Positions 62,914-64,000 of a stretch of DNA of 64,000 nt are shown piece by piece. The translations under genes and the position numbers were made by a program. Under the pieces are notes generated by a model. It was not told where the DNA came from and made no database searches. It saw only the letters and a list, made by a program, of their open reading frames with translations. The first letter of the stretch is position 1, and the number at the start of each line of letters is the position of its first letter. This stretch comes from Flavobacteriales bacterium (lineage in GTDB: Bacteria > Bacteroidota > Bacteroidia > Flavobacteriales_F > PHOS-HE28), in NCBI GenBank assembly GCA_041391845.1, contig JAWKNG010000003.1, forward strand, positions 235,053-299,052, in the 5' to 3' direction.

Positions 62914-64000
62914 CACGGCTCCCGGTAACCCTGCTGGTGCTGTGGCTGCTGACCAGTGGCCTGGCCGCACGCGCACAACACCAGCTAGAGCTGCGATGCG
63001 ACGCGCCACTGCCTCCGCGCATCGATCGGAACCACGCGCTACCCAACACCGGGGCCGTTCAGCAGCGCGCACGACAGGTGCTGGATGCCCTTCACCGGGA
63101 CGGATGGTTGGAAGCATCCTTGGACACCTGCCAGACCGACAGCAGCGCGAACATCACCCGCTGCGATGTCCACCTGGGGGAGCGCTATCTATGGGCACGC
63201 CTTTCGGCGGCCGGGGTGCCTGCCGAGATCGCGAGCGGAGCACGTTTCAGGGAGCGGCTTTTCAACGGCGGGCCGGTTTCGCCACAGCAGGTCGCACGCC
63301 TGTTCGAAGACCTCTTGAGATACAGCGAGGACAATGGGCATCCGTTCGCGAGGGTACGACTGGACAGTGTGCAGCGTACAGGAGAAGGGATGCGTGCAAC
63401 GGTGGTGCTGGACAAGGGGCGAACGATCGTCATGGACAGCGTTCTGGTCCGTGGTTCGGCCCGCACCAACATGCGCTATTTGCGCACACACCTCGGCATT
63501 CGACCGGGAGACCTGTACAATGAATCATTGATCCGGAACGTTGAGCGGCGCATCAAGGAGCTTCCGTTCGTGCAGCAACGTCAGCGCCCTTACGTTCAGT
63601 TCACACCGGAACGGACCAAGCTCTTTCTGTTCCTCGACGCACGGAAGGCCAGCTCCGTGAACGGCATCATCGGCATCCAGCCCAACGCCGTCACCGGTCG
63701 GGTGGGGATAACCGGAGACCTGGACCTGCGCTTGAGGAATGCGCTCCGTCGAGGCGAGGCCATCGAGCTCAACTGGCGGTCGTTGCAGGATGCCACGCAG
63801 GACCTGAAGGTGCGGCTTGAGCTACCGGCCCTGCTGGGAACTCCGTTCGGGACCGACCTTTCGCTCAAGCTGTTCAAGCGTGATACCACCTTCCTCGAGG
63901 TGAACGCCCGGGCAGCCATCACCTATCTCGCCGGGCAAGGGGACAAGGTGAGCGTCTTCGTGAACAACCGGAACAGCACACGGCTCGGTGCGGACCTCTC
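62910..64000 (+). CDS. N-terminal part of a POTRA-domain outer-membrane protein (BamA/TamA/ShlB-type); it continues beyond the window
   Basis: The frame is open from the ATG at 62910 (overlapping the ung stop, ATGA) to the window end. It has a signal peptide and a POTRA-like pattern (VLVRGSARTNMRYLRTHLGIRPGDLY). It is not in the ORF track because it has no stop. Confidence 0.55.
   Translation, partial: MTRLPVTLLVLWLLTSGLAARAQHQLELRCDAPLPPRIDRNHALPNTGAVQQRARQVLDALHRDGWLEASLDTCQTDSSANITRCDVHLGERYLWARLSAAGVPAEIASGARFRERLFNGGPVSPQQVARLFEDLLRYSEDNGHPFARVRLDSVQRTGEGMRATVVLDKGRTIVMDSVLVRGSARTNMRYLRTHLGIRPGDLYNESLIRNVERRIKELPFVQQRQRPYVQFTPERTKLFLFLDARKASSVNGIIGIQPNAVTGRVGITGDLDLRLRNALRRGEAIELNWRSLQDATQDLKVRLELPALLGTPFGTDLSLKLFKRDTTFLEVNARAAITYLAGQGDKVSVFVNNRNSTRLGADL

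Overview
This is a high-GC (about 65%) bacterial chromosome segment with the hallmarks of Bacteroidota or a related phylum. It carries proteins ending in T9SS C-terminal sorting domains, carboxypeptidase-regulatory-like N-termini, an archaeal-type ProRS, TAnnTTTG-like -7 promoter boxes and the usual rsfS-ftsH-cdsA-psd synteny. About 70 genes are readable. They include housekeeping genes: carB, rpmH, birA, rsfS, ftsH, cdsA, psd, upp, rpsT, radC, tRNA-Glu(UUC), proS, lpxK, a PNP, gatB, gap, lipA, ung, an LpxH-like gene, an OsmC family gene, a Nif3 family gene and an M1 peptidase. A roughly 24 kb surface-polysaccharide locus spans 18.8-42.6 kb. It encodes wza, wzc, wzx, a Wzy-like polymerase, several GT/epimerase/initiating-transferase genes, and an unusual acyl-modification module (ACP, AMP-ligase, GNAT/AAC(3)-like acetyltransferases, a deacetylase-like protein and a prenyltransferase-repeat protein). 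A T9SS-secreted beta-helix protein sits in the middle of this locus on the opposite strand. The most unusual region is 3.17-7.03 kb, directly 3' of carB. Four diverged, same-strand copies of the last ~25 codons of carB lie there. Each re-encodes the same RQVYGERSMYLSR* peptide with different codons, and the copies separate small, mostly AT-richer cargo genes (an Abi/HEPN-like protein, a DUF3761 membrane protein and small unknowns). carB itself ends abnormally and lacks the canonical C-terminus and MGS domain. I read this as a serial 3'-end-targeting insertion hotspot, or a cassette array, whose recombinase is not in the window. Other observations are a 12-unit octanucleotide microsatellite in the divergent promoter of a LytTR regulator, a Trp/Gly-repeat lipoprotein paired with a FadL-like barrel, and several strong intrinsic-terminator hairpins.
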